NCBI GenBank assembly: GCA_039915945.1 | Contig: JBDSMH010000017.1 | Span: 1,824 to 65,823 of the forward strand | Reading direction: 5' to 3' | DNA: 64,000 bases | Origin: Acidimicrobiales bacterium | GTDB taxonomy: Bacteria; Actinomycetota; Acidimicrobiia; Acidimicrobiales; WLNW01 | Shown here: positions 1 through 9,598 of the stretch, piece after piece | Layout: each line of letters begins with the position of its first letter | Numbering within the stretch: the stretch's first letter is position 1 | The notes under the pieces: generated by a model | The model's database searches: none | Told to the model about the DNA's origin: nothing | What the model saw: the letters and a program-made list of their open reading frames with translations, nothing else | Program-made: the position numbers and the translations under genes

Positions 1-333
1 ATCATCCCCGGCTTCGTCGTGCAGTGCGGCGACCCGGCCGGCACCGGCAGCGGCGGTCCCGGCTACAAGTTCGCGGACGAACTTCCGCAGGCCGGGGAGT
101 ACAAGCTCTGTTCGTTGGCCATGGCCAACTCGGGTCCCAACACCAACGGCAGCCAGTTCTTCATCATCAGCGGCCCGCAGGGCATCGCCCTCGACCCGAA
201 CTACTCGCTGTTCGGCCAAGTGACCGCGGGGACCGACACCACCCTCAAGGCGCTCGACGCGGCCGGTACCCCCGGCGCGGGCACGCCCTCCGAAGCGATC
301 TTGATCCAGTCGGTGACGATCACCGTCAGCTGA
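1..333 (+). CDS. peptidylprolyl isomerase, cyclophilin type (5' end outside window)
   Basis: Frame is open from nt 1 (IIPGFVVQCGDP). It carries the GGPGYKFADE and MANSGPNTNGSQFFI cyclophilin signatures. Stop at 331-333. Confidence 0.9.
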   Translation: MIPGFVVQCGDPAGTGSGGPGYKFADELPQAGEYKLCSLAMANSGPNTNGSQFFIISGPQGIALDPNYSLFGQVTAGTDTTLKALDAAGTPGAGTPSEAILIQSVTITVS

Positions 334-334
334 G

Positions 335-997
335 TCAGTTCAGCGCGTCGAGGCCGACGAGTTTGTGGTCTCGAAAGAGGGTCACCTTGCCGGCACCGGC
401 GACCGACCATTCGTTGTTCGGTGAACGAATGAGCGCGGTGCGATCGTCGACACCCGCCACGACCAACGTCGACGGCGCCATTCGTATGGTGCGCTGCGTC
501 TTTTCTTTCGACCAGTCGTCATAGCGGGGGATAACCGTGAGCCAGGTGATGACGCCAAGGCCCACAGTGAACGCACCACCGCGCGGGTCGACCATCACGT
601 CGCAAAGTGCAGTGGCCGCTTGCGCGGACGCCGCGAGGACCGCTCCCTCGTCCCATGCTGCGACCAACGCGTCGACGAGCGGCGTGTCCTTGAGCATCGA
701 CCGCAGATGCGCGGCCGAGCCGTCGGCGAGGTAGATGAAGCGGGCCGAGCGCACCGCGTCGATGGCCGCGGTGTCCGACGATTCGGCCCGCCGGTAGACC
801 GGCACGACTCGCACCGTGGCGCCGAGGCCCGCGAACCAATGCTCGGCCCGGTCGATTGCCTTGGACGGATTTTCGTACGCCGCGGCACCCGGAAGCATGG
901 TCACCTCGGTGCCGCCACTCATCTCGAGTAGCGCGGCATCGAAGTCACAGCCGTCGGTCCACTCGGTTCCGCCTATGAGCGCAAGCGGTCCGGTCAT
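335..997 (-). CDS. peptidase S51 / cyanophycinase-like type 1 glutamine amidotransferase-like protein
   Basis: 220-aa ORF. The IYLADGSAAHL...GAVLAASAQAATALC pattern resembles the S51 dipeptidase E/cyanophycinase fold. GC-rich third positions. Confidence 0.6.
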   Translation of the reverse strand: MTGPLALIGGTEWTDGCDFDAALLEMSGGTEVTMLPGAAAYENPSKAIDRAEHWFAGLGATVRVVPVYRRAESSDTAAIDAVRSARFIYLADGSAAHLRSMLKDTPLVDALVAAWDEGAVLAASAQAATALCDVMVDPRGGAFTVGLGVITWLTVIPRYDDWSKEKTQRTIRMAPSTLVVAGVDDRTALIRSPNNEWSVAGAGKVTLFRDHKLVGLDALN

Positions 998-1063
998 CTA
1001 AGTCACCTGCTGTCGTCGGGTTGCCGGGCGAAGGTATCCGATTTCGGACGGTACCCTGCGCTC

Positions 1064-1726
1064 GTGCCGATCGAGCCGCCGCCCACACCGTGGGTGTTCC
1101 CACCGATTGACTCGGCCGATGACTACGGCCTCGTCGGTGTGGGCGCCGATCTCGAGCCGGGAACGATCCTCGCCGCGTATCGCCGCGGGCTCTTCCCCAT
1201 GCCGATTCGCAAGCGCGGTCCGATCGGTTGGTGGTCGCCCGACCCACGGGCGGTGCTCGACCTCGACGACCTCCGCGTGAGTCGCTCGTTGCGCCAGGCG
1301 ACGCGTCGCTTCGAGATCCGGGTCGACACTGCCTTCGACCCGGTGATCCGCGCGTGCGGCGATCCGTCGCGCCCCAAGGGTTGGATCGAGAGTCGCATCA
1401 TCGACGCCTACACGCGTTTGTTCGATCTCGGCTGGGTCCACTCCATCGAAGCGTTCGAGGACGGCCAACTCGTCGGCGGTCTCTACGGCGTGGCCATCGG
1501 TGGATTGTTCGCCGGCGAATCCATGTTCCATCACGTCCGCGACGCGTCGAAGGTGGCGCTCGTGGCGCTGGTCGAATTGCTCCGTGAGGGCGACAATCGC
1601 CTGCTCGACGTGCAATGGCTGACGCCGCACCTCGAAAGCCTGGGCGCCCGGGAACTGGATCGGCCCGTGTACTTGAAGCGGCTCGAAAATGCGCTGGTAC
1701 AGCCACTTCCCTCCCGATGGCGCTGA
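1064..1726 (+). CDS. aat: leucyl/phenylalanyl-tRNA--protein transferase
   Basis: GTG start. The GLFPMP...GWWSPDPR...GGLYGVAIGGLFAGESMFH...DVQWLTPHLESLGA motifs are typical of Aat. Confidence 0.9.
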   Translation: MPIEPPPTPWVFPPIDSADDYGLVGVGADLEPGTILAAYRRGLFPMPIRKRGPIGWWSPDPRAVLDLDDLRVSRSLRQATRRFEIRVDTAFDPVIRACGDPSRPKGWIESRIIDAYTRLFDLGWVHSIEAFEDGQLVGGLYGVAIGGLFAGESMFHHVRDASKVALVALVELLREGDNRLLDVQWLTPHLESLGARELDRPVYLKRLENALVQPLPSRWR

Positions 1727-1795
1727 GCCCCCGCCGTAGCATGAGGCCTCGCAACCCACCCCACAGTCACAACAACAGGGTGAAAGCCTCTTGAT

Positions 1796-2644
1796 TTGCC
1801 GCCGCGGCGCGCCGATGGAGCATTCGTGAATGATCAGCACAGCACCGCAGGCGCCGTCGTGGGGGTCGCCGGCCTCGCCGCCGGGATCGTGGCCGCCGCC
1901 GCCGACCTGCCCGCCTTCGCCCTCGCCGCCGGGGTCGCCGCGCTGGTCGCGGGAGGCTTCGCGCTGTTGAGCGGACGCCACGGCCGGACCCAGCAGTCCG
2001 CTTCGGCCGGCCTGCAGGGCGATATCACCGAACTCGAGGCCGCGCTGGCCGCGCAGGTGCAGGCGCGGATCAGCTCCGAAGAAGCGGTACGCAGCCTCGG
2101 TGAGCAACTGGCGATGGCGCAGCGCGAGTCGAACGCCAAACCGACCCAACTCAACTTGCCCGTCCCCGACCGCAGCGGGGACTCACTCACCGATGCCGCG
2201 ACCGGTTTGTTCTCGCAGGAGTATTTCCTCGTTGCCGTCGATGCCCGCATCGCGGCCGCCCGCCGACATCTGCGTCCGGTCGGCGTCGTGATGCTCGAAG
2301 TCGTCGAAGGTCTGCGCACCGAACAGCCGCAACCGGCGCATCCCGCGATGGTGGCGGCGACCGTCAACGAGACGTTGCGCGAAGCCGACACTGCCTGTCG
2401 CATGCTCGACGGGCGCTTCGCTCTGGTGCTCGAAGACACGAGCGAGAACGGCGCGATCTGGACGGTCGAACGCATCCGCCGTTCGCTCAACGAGCAGGCG
2501 CAGAACCTGACCCTGCGCGCCGGCATCGCGTGTTACCCCGCGCACGCCTTCGGTGCGTCAGAGCTGTTGTCACGAGCGAACGATGCATTGACGTCGGCGC
2601 GCGACTGGCAACAAGACCGCATCGAAGTCGCCACCGGCGACTGA
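1796..2644 (+). CDS. membrane-anchored GGDEF-domain protein with degenerate active-site motif
   Basis: Hydrophobic N-terminus and a coiled segment, followed by a GGDEF-fold region (LTDAATGLFSQEYF...RMLDGRFALVLEDT). LDGRF replaces GGDEF. Start uncertain (TTG 1796 or GTG 1826). Confidence 0.7.
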   Translation: MPPRRADGAFVNDQHSTAGAVVGVAGLAAGIVAAAADLPAFALAAGVAALVAGGFALLSGRHGRTQQSASAGLQGDITELEAALAAQVQARISSEEAVRSLGEQLAMAQRESNAKPTQLNLPVPDRSGDSLTDAATGLFSQEYFLVAVDARIAAARRHLRPVGVVMLEVVEGLRTEQPQPAHPAMVAATVNETLREADTACRMLDGRFALVLEDTSENGAIWTVERIRRSLNEQAQNLTLRAGIACYPAHAFGASELLSRANDALTSARDWQQDRIEVATGD

Positions 2645-2683
2645 CCAATACTCAGGGCCTGAGCGGCCCTTCAGATCGGGAAG

Positions 2684-2866
2684 CTAGGGCCGCGATTGGC
2701 GCACTACCGACGTCCCCGCCCACCAGCGCCCCGAAAATCGCCACGCCGGCGACACGATGCGCGCACTGTTGGCGGCGCTCCCCGGTCGTGGCCAGAGCGC
2801 CTCGATCGCGGCGATGACCGCGGCGGCCTCTTCGTCGCTCGGGACGGGATCGATGCGCATTGTCAC
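2684..2866 (-). CDS. acyl-CoA carboxylase epsilon subunit-like small protein
   Basis: 60-aa ORF with a 4-nt overlap onto the stop of the carboxyltransferase gene. EEAAAVIAAIEALW...WRFSGRWW is typical of AccE-type epsilon subunits. Confidence 0.7.
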   Translation of the reverse strand: MTMRIDPVPSDEEAAAVIAAIEALWPRPGSAANSARIVSPAWRFSGRWWAGTSVVRQSRP

Positions 2867-4419
2867 AGCGGCACGTTGCCGTGCTTGCGCTTGGGAAGCT
2901 CTTCGCGCTTGGACCGCAACATCTCGAGGCCGCGGATCAATTTGATCCTCGTGTCGGCGGGATCGATGACGTCGTCGACGTAGCCGCGCTCGGCCGCGAT
3001 GTAGGGGTTGGCGTAGCGCTCGGTGTACTCCTCGACGAGCTCGGCGCGCCGCGCCGGCGGGTCGGCGGCAGCCTGCAACTCGCGGCGGTAGATGATCTCG
3101 ACTGCGCCCTGCGGACCCATGACGGCGAGCTCGGCGGTCGGCCAGGCGAAGGCGAGGTCAGAGCCGACCGACTTGGAATCCATGACCACATAGGCGCCGC
3201 CGTAGGCCTTGCGCGTGATGACCTGGATGCGCGGCACGGTGGCTTCGCAGTACGCGTAGAGCAGCTTGGCGCCGTGACGGATGATGCCGCCGTACTCCTG
3301 GTCGACACCGGGCAAGAACCCCGGCACGTCGACGAAGGTCACCAGCGGAATGTTGAATGCATCGCAGGTGCGGACGAAGCGGGCGGCCTTTTCGGACGAC
3401 TCGATGTCGAGCACCCCGGCGAGCACCAGCGGCTGATTGCCGACGATGCCGATCGGCCGACCATTGAGGCGAGCGAAGCCACACACGATCGAACGGGCCC
3501 AGTGCGGGAAGTACTCGAAGAAGTCGCCGTCGTCGACGACGATCTCGATGAGCTTCTTCATGTCGTAGGGCACATTGGCCGTCTCGGGCATCAATTGGTA
3601 GAGCTCTTCGCAGCGCCGCTCGGGGTCGTCGCTGAACGCGCTACGCGGGGGCTCTTCGAGGTTGTTGGCCGGCAAGAACGACAACAGATACTTGACATCG
3701 TCGATACAGGATTTTTCGTCCTCGGAAACAAACGTCGCCACGCCCGATTTGCTCGAATGACTGCCGGCGCCGCCCAACTCTTCGAGGCTCACTTCTTCGC
3801 CGGTCACCGTCTTGACGACGTCAGGGCCGGTGATGAACATGTGCGACGTCTCACGCACCATGAAGATGAAGTCGGTCATCGCCGGGCTGTAGACCGCACC
3901 GCCGGCGCACGGGCCGAGGATGACGCTGATCTGCGGGATGACGCCCGACGACTGTACGTTGCGGTAGAAGATGCCGCCGTATGCGTCGAGCGACACGACG
4001 CCCTCTTGGATGCGTGCGCCCGCGCCGTCGTTGAGGCCGATCATGGGCACGCCGAGTTTCAGCGCGAGGTCCATGATCTTGTGGATTTTCTCTCCGAAGA
4101 CCTCGCCCAACGCCCCGCCGAACAACGTGAAGTCCTGGGCGAAGATGCACACCGGACGACCGTCGACCGTGCCCATACCGGTGATCACGCCGTCGGTGTA
4201 GGGGCGCTCTTCGATCCCGGAGTCATGGGCCCGATGGCGGGCGAACATGTCGAGCTCTTGGAAGGAGCCCGGATCGAGCAGGTACTCGACGCGCTCGCGG
4301 GCGAGCATCTTGCCCTTGTCGTGCTGGCGCTGAACCGTACGCTCGGGCGCGGGATGCAGTGCTTCGTTGCGGCGCCGTTCGAGATCGTCGAGGCGTTCCT
4401 TCATCGAATGGGTAGCCAT
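2863..4419 (-). CDS. acyl-CoA (propionyl-CoA) carboxylase carboxyltransferase beta subunit
   Basis: The MATHSMKERLDDLE...GKMLARERV...GMGTVDGRPVCIFAQDFTLFGGALGE...GPCAGGAVYSPAMTDF motifs match PccB/AccD5. ATG at 4419 preferred; the ORF could extend to TTG 4458. Confidence 0.93.
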   Translation of the reverse strand: MATHSMKERLDDLERRRNEALHPAPERTVQRQHDKGKMLARERVEYLLDPGSFQELDMFARHRAHDSGIEERPYTDGVITGMGTVDGRPVCIFAQDFTLFGGALGEVFGEKIHKIMDLALKLGVPMIGLNDGAGARIQEGVVSLDAYGGIFYRNVQSSGVIPQISVILGPCAGGAVYSPAMTDFIFMVRETSHMFITGPDVVKTVTGEEVSLEELGGAGSHSSKSGVATFVSEDEKSCIDDVKYLLSFLPANNLEEPPRSAFSDDPERRCEELYQLMPETANVPYDMKKLIEIVVDDGDFFEYFPHWARSIVCGFARLNGRPIGIVGNQPLVLAGVLDIESSEKAARFVRTCDAFNIPLVTFVDVPGFLPGVDQEYGGIIRHGAKLLYAYCEATVPRIQVITRKAYGGAYVVMDSKSVGSDLAFAWPTAELAVMGPQGAVEIIYRRELQAAADPPARRAELVEEYTERYANPYIAAERGYVDDVIDPADTRIKLIRGLEMLRSKREELPKRKHGNVPL

Positions 4420-4433
4420 CCGGTGGAGGTTAC

Positions 4434-5063
4434 TTGCCGCTCGTCGCCATGGGCTCAATCAGCGGGTGGTGGACCGATGACCGCGCTACGTTGCTCGCCG
4501 TGCGTGAGCTACGAAGGGTCGGAGTTTTCTGCGGATCGAGCGCCGGCAGCCAGCCGGCGATCCACGCGCTGGCCCGCGACCTCGGCGCCACGCTCGCGCA
4601 GCAGGGCATCGGCCTCGTCTTCGGCGGGGGCAAGGTCGGTGTGATGGGCATGATCGCCGACTCTGTGCTCGAAAACGGCGGCGAAGCCATCGGGGTGCTG
4701 CCCAACGGGCTCTTCTCGCGCGAAGTCCCCCACGAGAACCTCACACAACTGCATCTTGTCGACACCATGCACGACCGCAAGCGCTTGATGTACGAGCTAT
4801 CCGACGGCTTCGTGATATTGCCGGGGGGCCTGGGCACACTCGACGAGTTGTTCGAGGCCGCCACGTGGAATCAGCTGAAGCTGCACGCGCCGCTCAAACC
4901 CATCACGCTGCTCGATCATGACGGGTTCTGGTCGTCGCTCTTGGCGTTCATCGACACCAGCGTCGACATCGGCTTCGTCAAACCGGCGGCGCGCCTCATG
5001 TTCCAACGCTCTGAGTCATCGTGTGAGGCGCTCGACCAACTGCGCAGCTACGAGTTCCCGTAG
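4434..5063 (+). CDS. LOG family protein (TIGR00730-type Rossmann fold nucleotide-binding protein)
   Basis: VGVFCGSS...GLVFGGGKVGVMG...PGGLGTLDELFE motifs. A GGAGG lies 4 nt before TTG 4434; alternative start ATG 4449. Confidence 0.88.
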   Translation: MPLVAMGSISGWWTDDRATLLAVRELRRVGVFCGSSAGSQPAIHALARDLGATLAQQGIGLVFGGGKVGVMGMIADSVLENGGEAIGVLPNGLFSREVPHENLTQLHLVDTMHDRKRLMYELSDGFVILPGGLGTLDELFEAATWNQLKLHAPLKPITLLDHDGFWSSLLAFIDTSVDIGFVKPAARLMFQRSESSCEALDQLRSYEFP

Positions 5064-5072
5064 CCGCGGCGA

Positions 5073-7136
5073 CTAGTCGTCCTTGACGGTGCGCTTGACC
5101 TTGTCGACGAGTTGCGCCGGCATGATGTCGTAGTGCGCGTGCTCGGCGGTGAATCGACCGCGGCCGCCCGTGATCGAACGAAGGTCGATCGCGTAGCGCG
5201 TGGTTTCACTGGTCGGTACGAGCGCAAGGACGACGTGTTCGCCGTCGCCCAGCGCTTCGGACCCCTGCACCCGACCGCGCCGCGTGTTGAGGTCGCCCAT
5301 CACGTCGCCCTGCTTGTCGCTCGGCACGGTCACCTCGACGCGTGAAATCGGCTCGAGCAATACCGGGCTTGCCTTGGCCATCGCTTCACGGAAGCCGAGC
5401 CGCGCCGCCATCTTGAACGAGGCTTCGTTGGAATCGACCGAGTGGAACTTGCCGTCGTACAACTCCACCGAGACGTCGACGACCGGATAGCCGTACACGC
5501 CACCGGACGCCATCGCTTCGAGGATGCCTTTTTCGACCGCAGGGATGAACGACCGGGGGATGGCGCCACCGACGATGTGGTCGACGAACTCGAAGCCGGC
5601 GCCACGATCGCGCGGCGCCATCTTGAGGTTGCACACCGCGAACTGACCGTGGCCACCGCTCTGCTTCTTGTGCTTGCCTTCGGCGTCGGACGTGCCGACG
5701 ACCGTTTCGCGATAGCGCACGCGCACGTCTTCGGTATCGACGTTGACACCGAACTTGCGTTGGATCTTTTCGAGCGTGACGGACAGATGCGTCTCGCCCG
5801 TACCGCGCAGCAGCGTCTGGTGGGTCTCCTCGTCGCGTTCGACGACGATCGCCGGATCTTCGTGTTGGATGCGATGCAAGACGTTGCCGAGCTTGTCTTC
5901 GTCGGGCTGCGTGCGGGGCACGATCGCCACCGCCAACGAAGGCGCGGGCTGATCGATACGCGGTACCACGACGGGCTTGCCCTTGGGCGCCAGCGTGTCG
6001 CTCGTCTCGGTGCTGCCCAGCTTGGCCACCGCGCCGAGATCACCGGCGACGAGTTCGGTCATCTGCACTTGCTCTTTGCCGCGCAGCGCGAACAAGCCGT
6101 GCAAACGCTCGTCGGCCGACGAGCGCGAGTTGATCAAGTGAAGGTCCGGCTTGATCGTGCCGGAGACGACTTTGAAGAGCGAGACCTGGCCCACGTATTG
6201 ATCGGCGATCGACTTGAACACGAACGCCAGCGGTTCGCCACTTTCGTTGGCTTTGACCTCGACCTCCTGCGCGCCGGCGTGCACCAGCGTCGGCCGGTCG
6301 ACGGGCGAGGGCCCGATCTCACAGATGAAGTCGGCCAGGCGGTCGATGGCGCTCTCGGCCAACGCTGAGCCGAGCACCACCGGGAACACCGACGCTTCGG
6401 CGACACCCTTGGCCAACGTCGCCTCGAGCTCTTCGACACTGGGAACGTCACCTTCGAGGTAGCGCTCGAGCAACTCTTCGTCGGCGACCACGATGCCTTC
6501 GACGAGACTGTCGTGCACCTGATGCTCGAGCGATTCCATCTCCGCGGGGATCTCGCCTTGCGTGGCGACGCCCGCGTCGTAGAGGTACGCCTGATCGGTG
6601 AGGAGATCGGCGATGCCTTTGAACGACAGACCCTCACCGATCGGCAACTCGAGCGGCGCGATGCCGGCACCGAAGCGCGCTTGGAGCTGCGCGAGTGTCG
6701 ACTGGAAGTCGGCCCGCTCGAGATCGAGCTTGTTGACGAACACCATGCGGGGCACGCCCATTTTGTTGGCGATCTTCCACACGGCTTCGGTTTGCACCTG
6801 CACGCCTTCGACCGCGCTCACGACGAAGATGGCGAGGTCGCACACGCGCAGCGCGGCGATCACGTCACCGACGAAGTCGGCGTACCCCGGCGTATCGATG
6901 AGATTGATCTTGTGGTCTTTCCACTCGAACGGCGCCATCGCCAACGACAGCGACAACCCGCGCCGTTGTTCTTCGGGGTCGTAGTCGCAGACGGTCGTCC
7001 CTTGATCGACGCGCCCCATGCGAGTGGTGACCCCCGCGCGATGCAGCAGGGCTTCGGCCAAGGTCGTCTTGCCGGCGCTGCTGTGGCCGACAAGCACCAC
7101 GTTGCGGATGTGCGAAGGCGTGTAGCGCTTCATCAC
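5073..7136 (-). CDS. elongation factor G paralog (EF-G2-like GTPase)
   Basis: 687 aa. G1 motif VGHSSAGKTTL and DTPGYADF, followed by EF-G domains II-V. It is not in an rpsL-rpsG-fusA context, so I call it a paralog. Confidence 0.88.
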   Translation of the reverse strand: MMKRYTPSHIRNVVLVGHSSAGKTTLAEALLHRAGVTTRMGRVDQGTTVCDYDPEEQRRGLSLSLAMAPFEWKDHKINLIDTPGYADFVGDVIAALRVCDLAIFVVSAVEGVQVQTEAVWKIANKMGVPRMVFVNKLDLERADFQSTLAQLQARFGAGIAPLELPIGEGLSFKGIADLLTDQAYLYDAGVATQGEIPAEMESLEHQVHDSLVEGIVVADEELLERYLEGDVPSVEELEATLAKGVAEASVFPVVLGSALAESAIDRLADFICEIGPSPVDRPTLVHAGAQEVEVKANESGEPLAFVFKSIADQYVGQVSLFKVVSGTIKPDLHLINSRSSADERLHGLFALRGKEQVQMTELVAGDLGAVAKLGSTETSDTLAPKGKPVVVPRIDQPAPSLAVAIVPRTQPDEDKLGNVLHRIQHEDPAIVVERDEETHQTLLRGTGETHLSVTLEKIQRKFGVNVDTEDVRVRYRETVVGTSDAEGKHKKQSGGHGQFAVCNLKMAPRDRGAGFEFVDHIVGGAIPRSFIPAVEKGILEAMASGGVYGYPVVDVSVELYDGKFHSVDSNEASFKMAARLGFREAMAKASPVLLEPISRVEVTVPSDKQGDVMGDLNTRRGRVQGSEALGDGEHVVLALVPTSETTRYAIDLRSITGGRGRFTAEHAHYDIMPAQLVDKVKRTVKDD

Positions 7137-7269
7137 CGACCTCCTTGCCGGCCCCCCGGCAGCAGTTAGGTGCGAGGAACGGTACGGCTACTGCCCGCAG
7201 TGGCGCAAGGGCTACCTGCACGCTCGCGGGCCGCTCGGGCCGTCGACTGCTCCGCTCTAGTCTCAGCCC

Positions 7270-8340
7270 ATGCAATTACCCGTCATGCCCCCCGTGCTGC
7301 CCATGCTGGCCAAAGCCACCCACGCGGTGCCCGAAGGCGACTTCGTCTTCGAGCCCAAGTGGGACGGCTTCCGTTGCATCGTCTTTCGCGACGGCGACGA
7401 GATCGAGCTCGGCAGCCGCAACGACCGGCCCCTGACGAGATACTTCCCCGAGCTCATCGAACCCCTCAAACGTTCGCTGCCGCAGCGCTGTGTCGTCGAC
7501 GGCGAGGTCGTCGTCGCGGTCGACGGGCGCCTCGATTTCGACGTGCTCGGTCAGCGCATCCATCCGGCCGCCTCGCGGGTCAACCGCCTCGCCGCCGAAA
7601 CTCCCGCGTCGTACGTCGCGTTCGATCTGCTCGCGCTCGGCGACCTCGACCTCACCTCGCTCACGCTGCGCGAGCGCAAAGCGGCGCTCGAGTCGCTGGC
7701 CCATCAATTCGAGGCTCCGGTGTTCCTCACGCCCAGTACGACCGACATCGAGACCGCCCGCGACTGGTTCGATCGCTTCGAGGGAGCCGGCTTCGACGGG
7801 GTCATGGCCAAGCCGCCCGACCAGCCCTACGTGCAGGACAAGCGGGTACAGATCAAGGTCAAGCGCCGCCACAGCGCCGACTGCGCCGTCGCCGGGTTTC
7901 GGTGGCACAAGGACGGGCAGGGCGTCGGGTCGCTGCTACTCGGGCTGTACGACGACGAAGGGGACCTTCACCATGTCGGCGTGGCCGCGTCGTTCACCGC
8001 CAAGCGCCGCACCGAACTGATCGACGAACTCAAGCCGTTCGCGCTCGAACGCATCGAAGACCACCCGTGGGCCGACTGGCTTCGTCAACTCGACACCGAC
8101 TTCGAACCGGGCGCGCGCATGCCGGGCGCTCCCTCGCGTTGGAACGCGAAGAAAGAGATGTCGTGGGTCCCGCTGCACATGGGTTTGGTGGTCGAAGTCG
8201 AATACGAAGGCTTGCTCAATCGACGCTTCCGCCACAACGGGCGGGTGGTGCGCTTTCGCTTCGATCGCACGCCGGAGTCGTGTACCTACGCGCAACTCGA
8301 TGTCGTACCGCCCGCCGAAATAAGCCAGATCTTCGGCTAA
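7270..8340 (+). CDS. ligC: ATP-dependent DNA ligase (LigC-like, ligase domain only)
   Basis: Adenylation motif EPKWDGFR, followed by FDLL and the OB-fold C-terminus. At 356 aa it has no polymerase or nuclease modules. Confidence 0.88.
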   Translation: MQLPVMPPVLPMLAKATHAVPEGDFVFEPKWDGFRCIVFRDGDEIELGSRNDRPLTRYFPELIEPLKRSLPQRCVVDGEVVVAVDGRLDFDVLGQRIHPAASRVNRLAAETPASYVAFDLLALGDLDLTSLTLRERKAALESLAHQFEAPVFLTPSTTDIETARDWFDRFEGAGFDGVMAKPPDQPYVQDKRVQIKVKRRHSADCAVAGFRWHKDGQGVGSLLLGLYDDEGDLHHVGVAASFTAKRRTELIDELKPFALERIEDHPWADWLRQLDTDFEPGARMPGAPSRWNAKKEMSWVPLHMGLVVEVEYEGLLNRRFRHNGRVVRFRFDRTPESCTYAQLDVVPPAEISQIFG

Positions 8341-8341
8341 C

Positions 8342-9220
8342 TCACCGCTTGCGCATGATGCGCTCGATGCGATGGACGTATGCGTCGGCGTCGATCGCGT
8401 GCAACGCGGCGTCGCAGTCGTCACGCGGGCCCTTCCACTCGAGTTCGTCGACCGACGTGATCGTCGGTGCGTCGGTTTCGATCGTGGCGAGACGGCGGTA
8501 GAGCATCGCGTCCTCGTAGTTGTTGGCAAGCGCGTACACCAGCTTTGCCGCGCCGCGCACGTTGACGTCCCACTTGCCTGCTTCGAGGGGGATGTCCTCG
8601 ATGTGCCCATAGCGGGCTAGCACCGCGCCGGTCGTCTTCGCTCCCCAACCCTGCACGCCCGGGATGCCGTCGGCAGTGTCGCCCACGAGCGCGAGGTAGT
8701 CGGGAATCGACGCCGGCGGCACACCGAACTTGGCGATCACGCCTGCGTAGTCGATGAGGGTTTCCCGGCGACGGTCGAACTGCACGACTCGACCGTCTTC
8801 GGTGACGCACTGCCCGAGATCTTTGTCGGGCGTGCAGAGCATCACCCGGTCGACGCGTGCATCGGTCGCCGCAACCTTCGCGGCCGCGCCCATCGCGTCG
8901 TCGGCCTCGAACTCGACCATCGGCCACACGCAGAACCCCACTGCCGTCAACGTGTCTTCGAGCAACGTGAACTGTTGGCGCAGCGCGGGATCGATACCCG
9001 CACCGGTCTTGTAGCTGGCGAGCAGATCGTTGCGGAACGATTCGATCACATGGTCAGTGGCAATACCGACGTGCGTCGCGCCGCCTTCGAGGAGCGACAG
9101 CATCGAGCCGACCACACCTCTCGTGCCGCCCACCTCGCGATTCTTCTCGGTCAGATGCGACGGCACCGCGAAGAAGTAACGGAACAGCTCGTAGGTGCCA
9201 TCCACCACATGCACGATCAT
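8342..9220 (-). CDS. 5'-3' exonuclease (Pol I N-terminal / FEN-like nuclease)
   Basis: VVDGTYELFRYFFA N-terminus. DADDAMGAAA and GDTADGIPGVQGWGAKT helix-hairpin-helix motifs. Confidence 0.85.
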   Translation of the reverse strand: MIVHVVDGTYELFRYFFAVPSHLTEKNREVGGTRGVVGSMLSLLEGGATHVGIATDHVIESFRNDLLASYKTGAGIDPALRQQFTLLEDTLTAVGFCVWPMVEFEADDAMGAAAKVAATDARVDRVMLCTPDKDLGQCVTEDGRVVQFDRRRETLIDYAGVIAKFGVPPASIPDYLALVGDTADGIPGVQGWGAKTTGAVLARYGHIEDIPLEAGKWDVNVRGAAKLVYALANNYEDAMLYRRLATIETDAPTITSVDELEWKGPRDDCDAALHAIDADAYVHRIERIMRKR

Positions 9221-9253
9221 GCGGGCAGCCTAGGGGGCGGCCCTATTGGGGGG

Positions 9254-9466
9254 CTATGCCGCGATGCCCCGGGCTTCGAGCGCGTCCGTGAGTTGCTGGC
9301 ACAGCCACTCACGGGCCTCCCGCAACTGAATGTCGAGCAGGTCGACCACTTCACGCGAATCACCCGCGACGTCGGCCATGCTCTCGATGTGCTGATCGAG
9401 GATTTCGATCTGTTCGATCAACCAGTCGAGGAGCTGTCGGCAGACGCCCTTGTCCATCACCGTCAT
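9254..9466 (-). CDS. hypothetical small helical protein (70 aa)
   Basis: The internal ATG of the 211-aa track ORF gives MTVMDKGVCRQLLDWLIEQIEILDQHIESM... GC-rich third positions and it fits the exonuclease-echA gap. No family recognised. Confidence 0.35.
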   Translation of the reverse strand: MTVMDKGVCRQLLDWLIEQIEILDQHIESMADVAGDSREVVDLLDIQLREAREWLCQQLTDALEARGIAA

Positions 9467-9598
9467 GTTCTGCACAAGACATTCAACGGCGCGCCGGGGA
9501 CCGAGGTTTACCGCGAGACGCCCACGGCGGGCGAAAGATCCGAACGGCCCACCGATTGCTCCTCTCGGACGGCATCGAGGCCCTTGTAGTCTTGCGTC

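Noticed and set aside
2860-4644. Very long ORFs antisense to, or out of frame with, confidently assigned genes. Examples: 2860..4644 +, 998..2149 -, 7170..8501 +, 12720..15182 +, 35899..37857 -, 31943..33634 -, 32656..34746 + (first two thirds).
   Set aside because: These are typical high-GC shadow frames. Their translations are Arg/Ala/Gly/Pro-rich with no family motifs, and each overlaps a gene with clear signatures (PccB, LigC, DnaX, fumarase, RF3).
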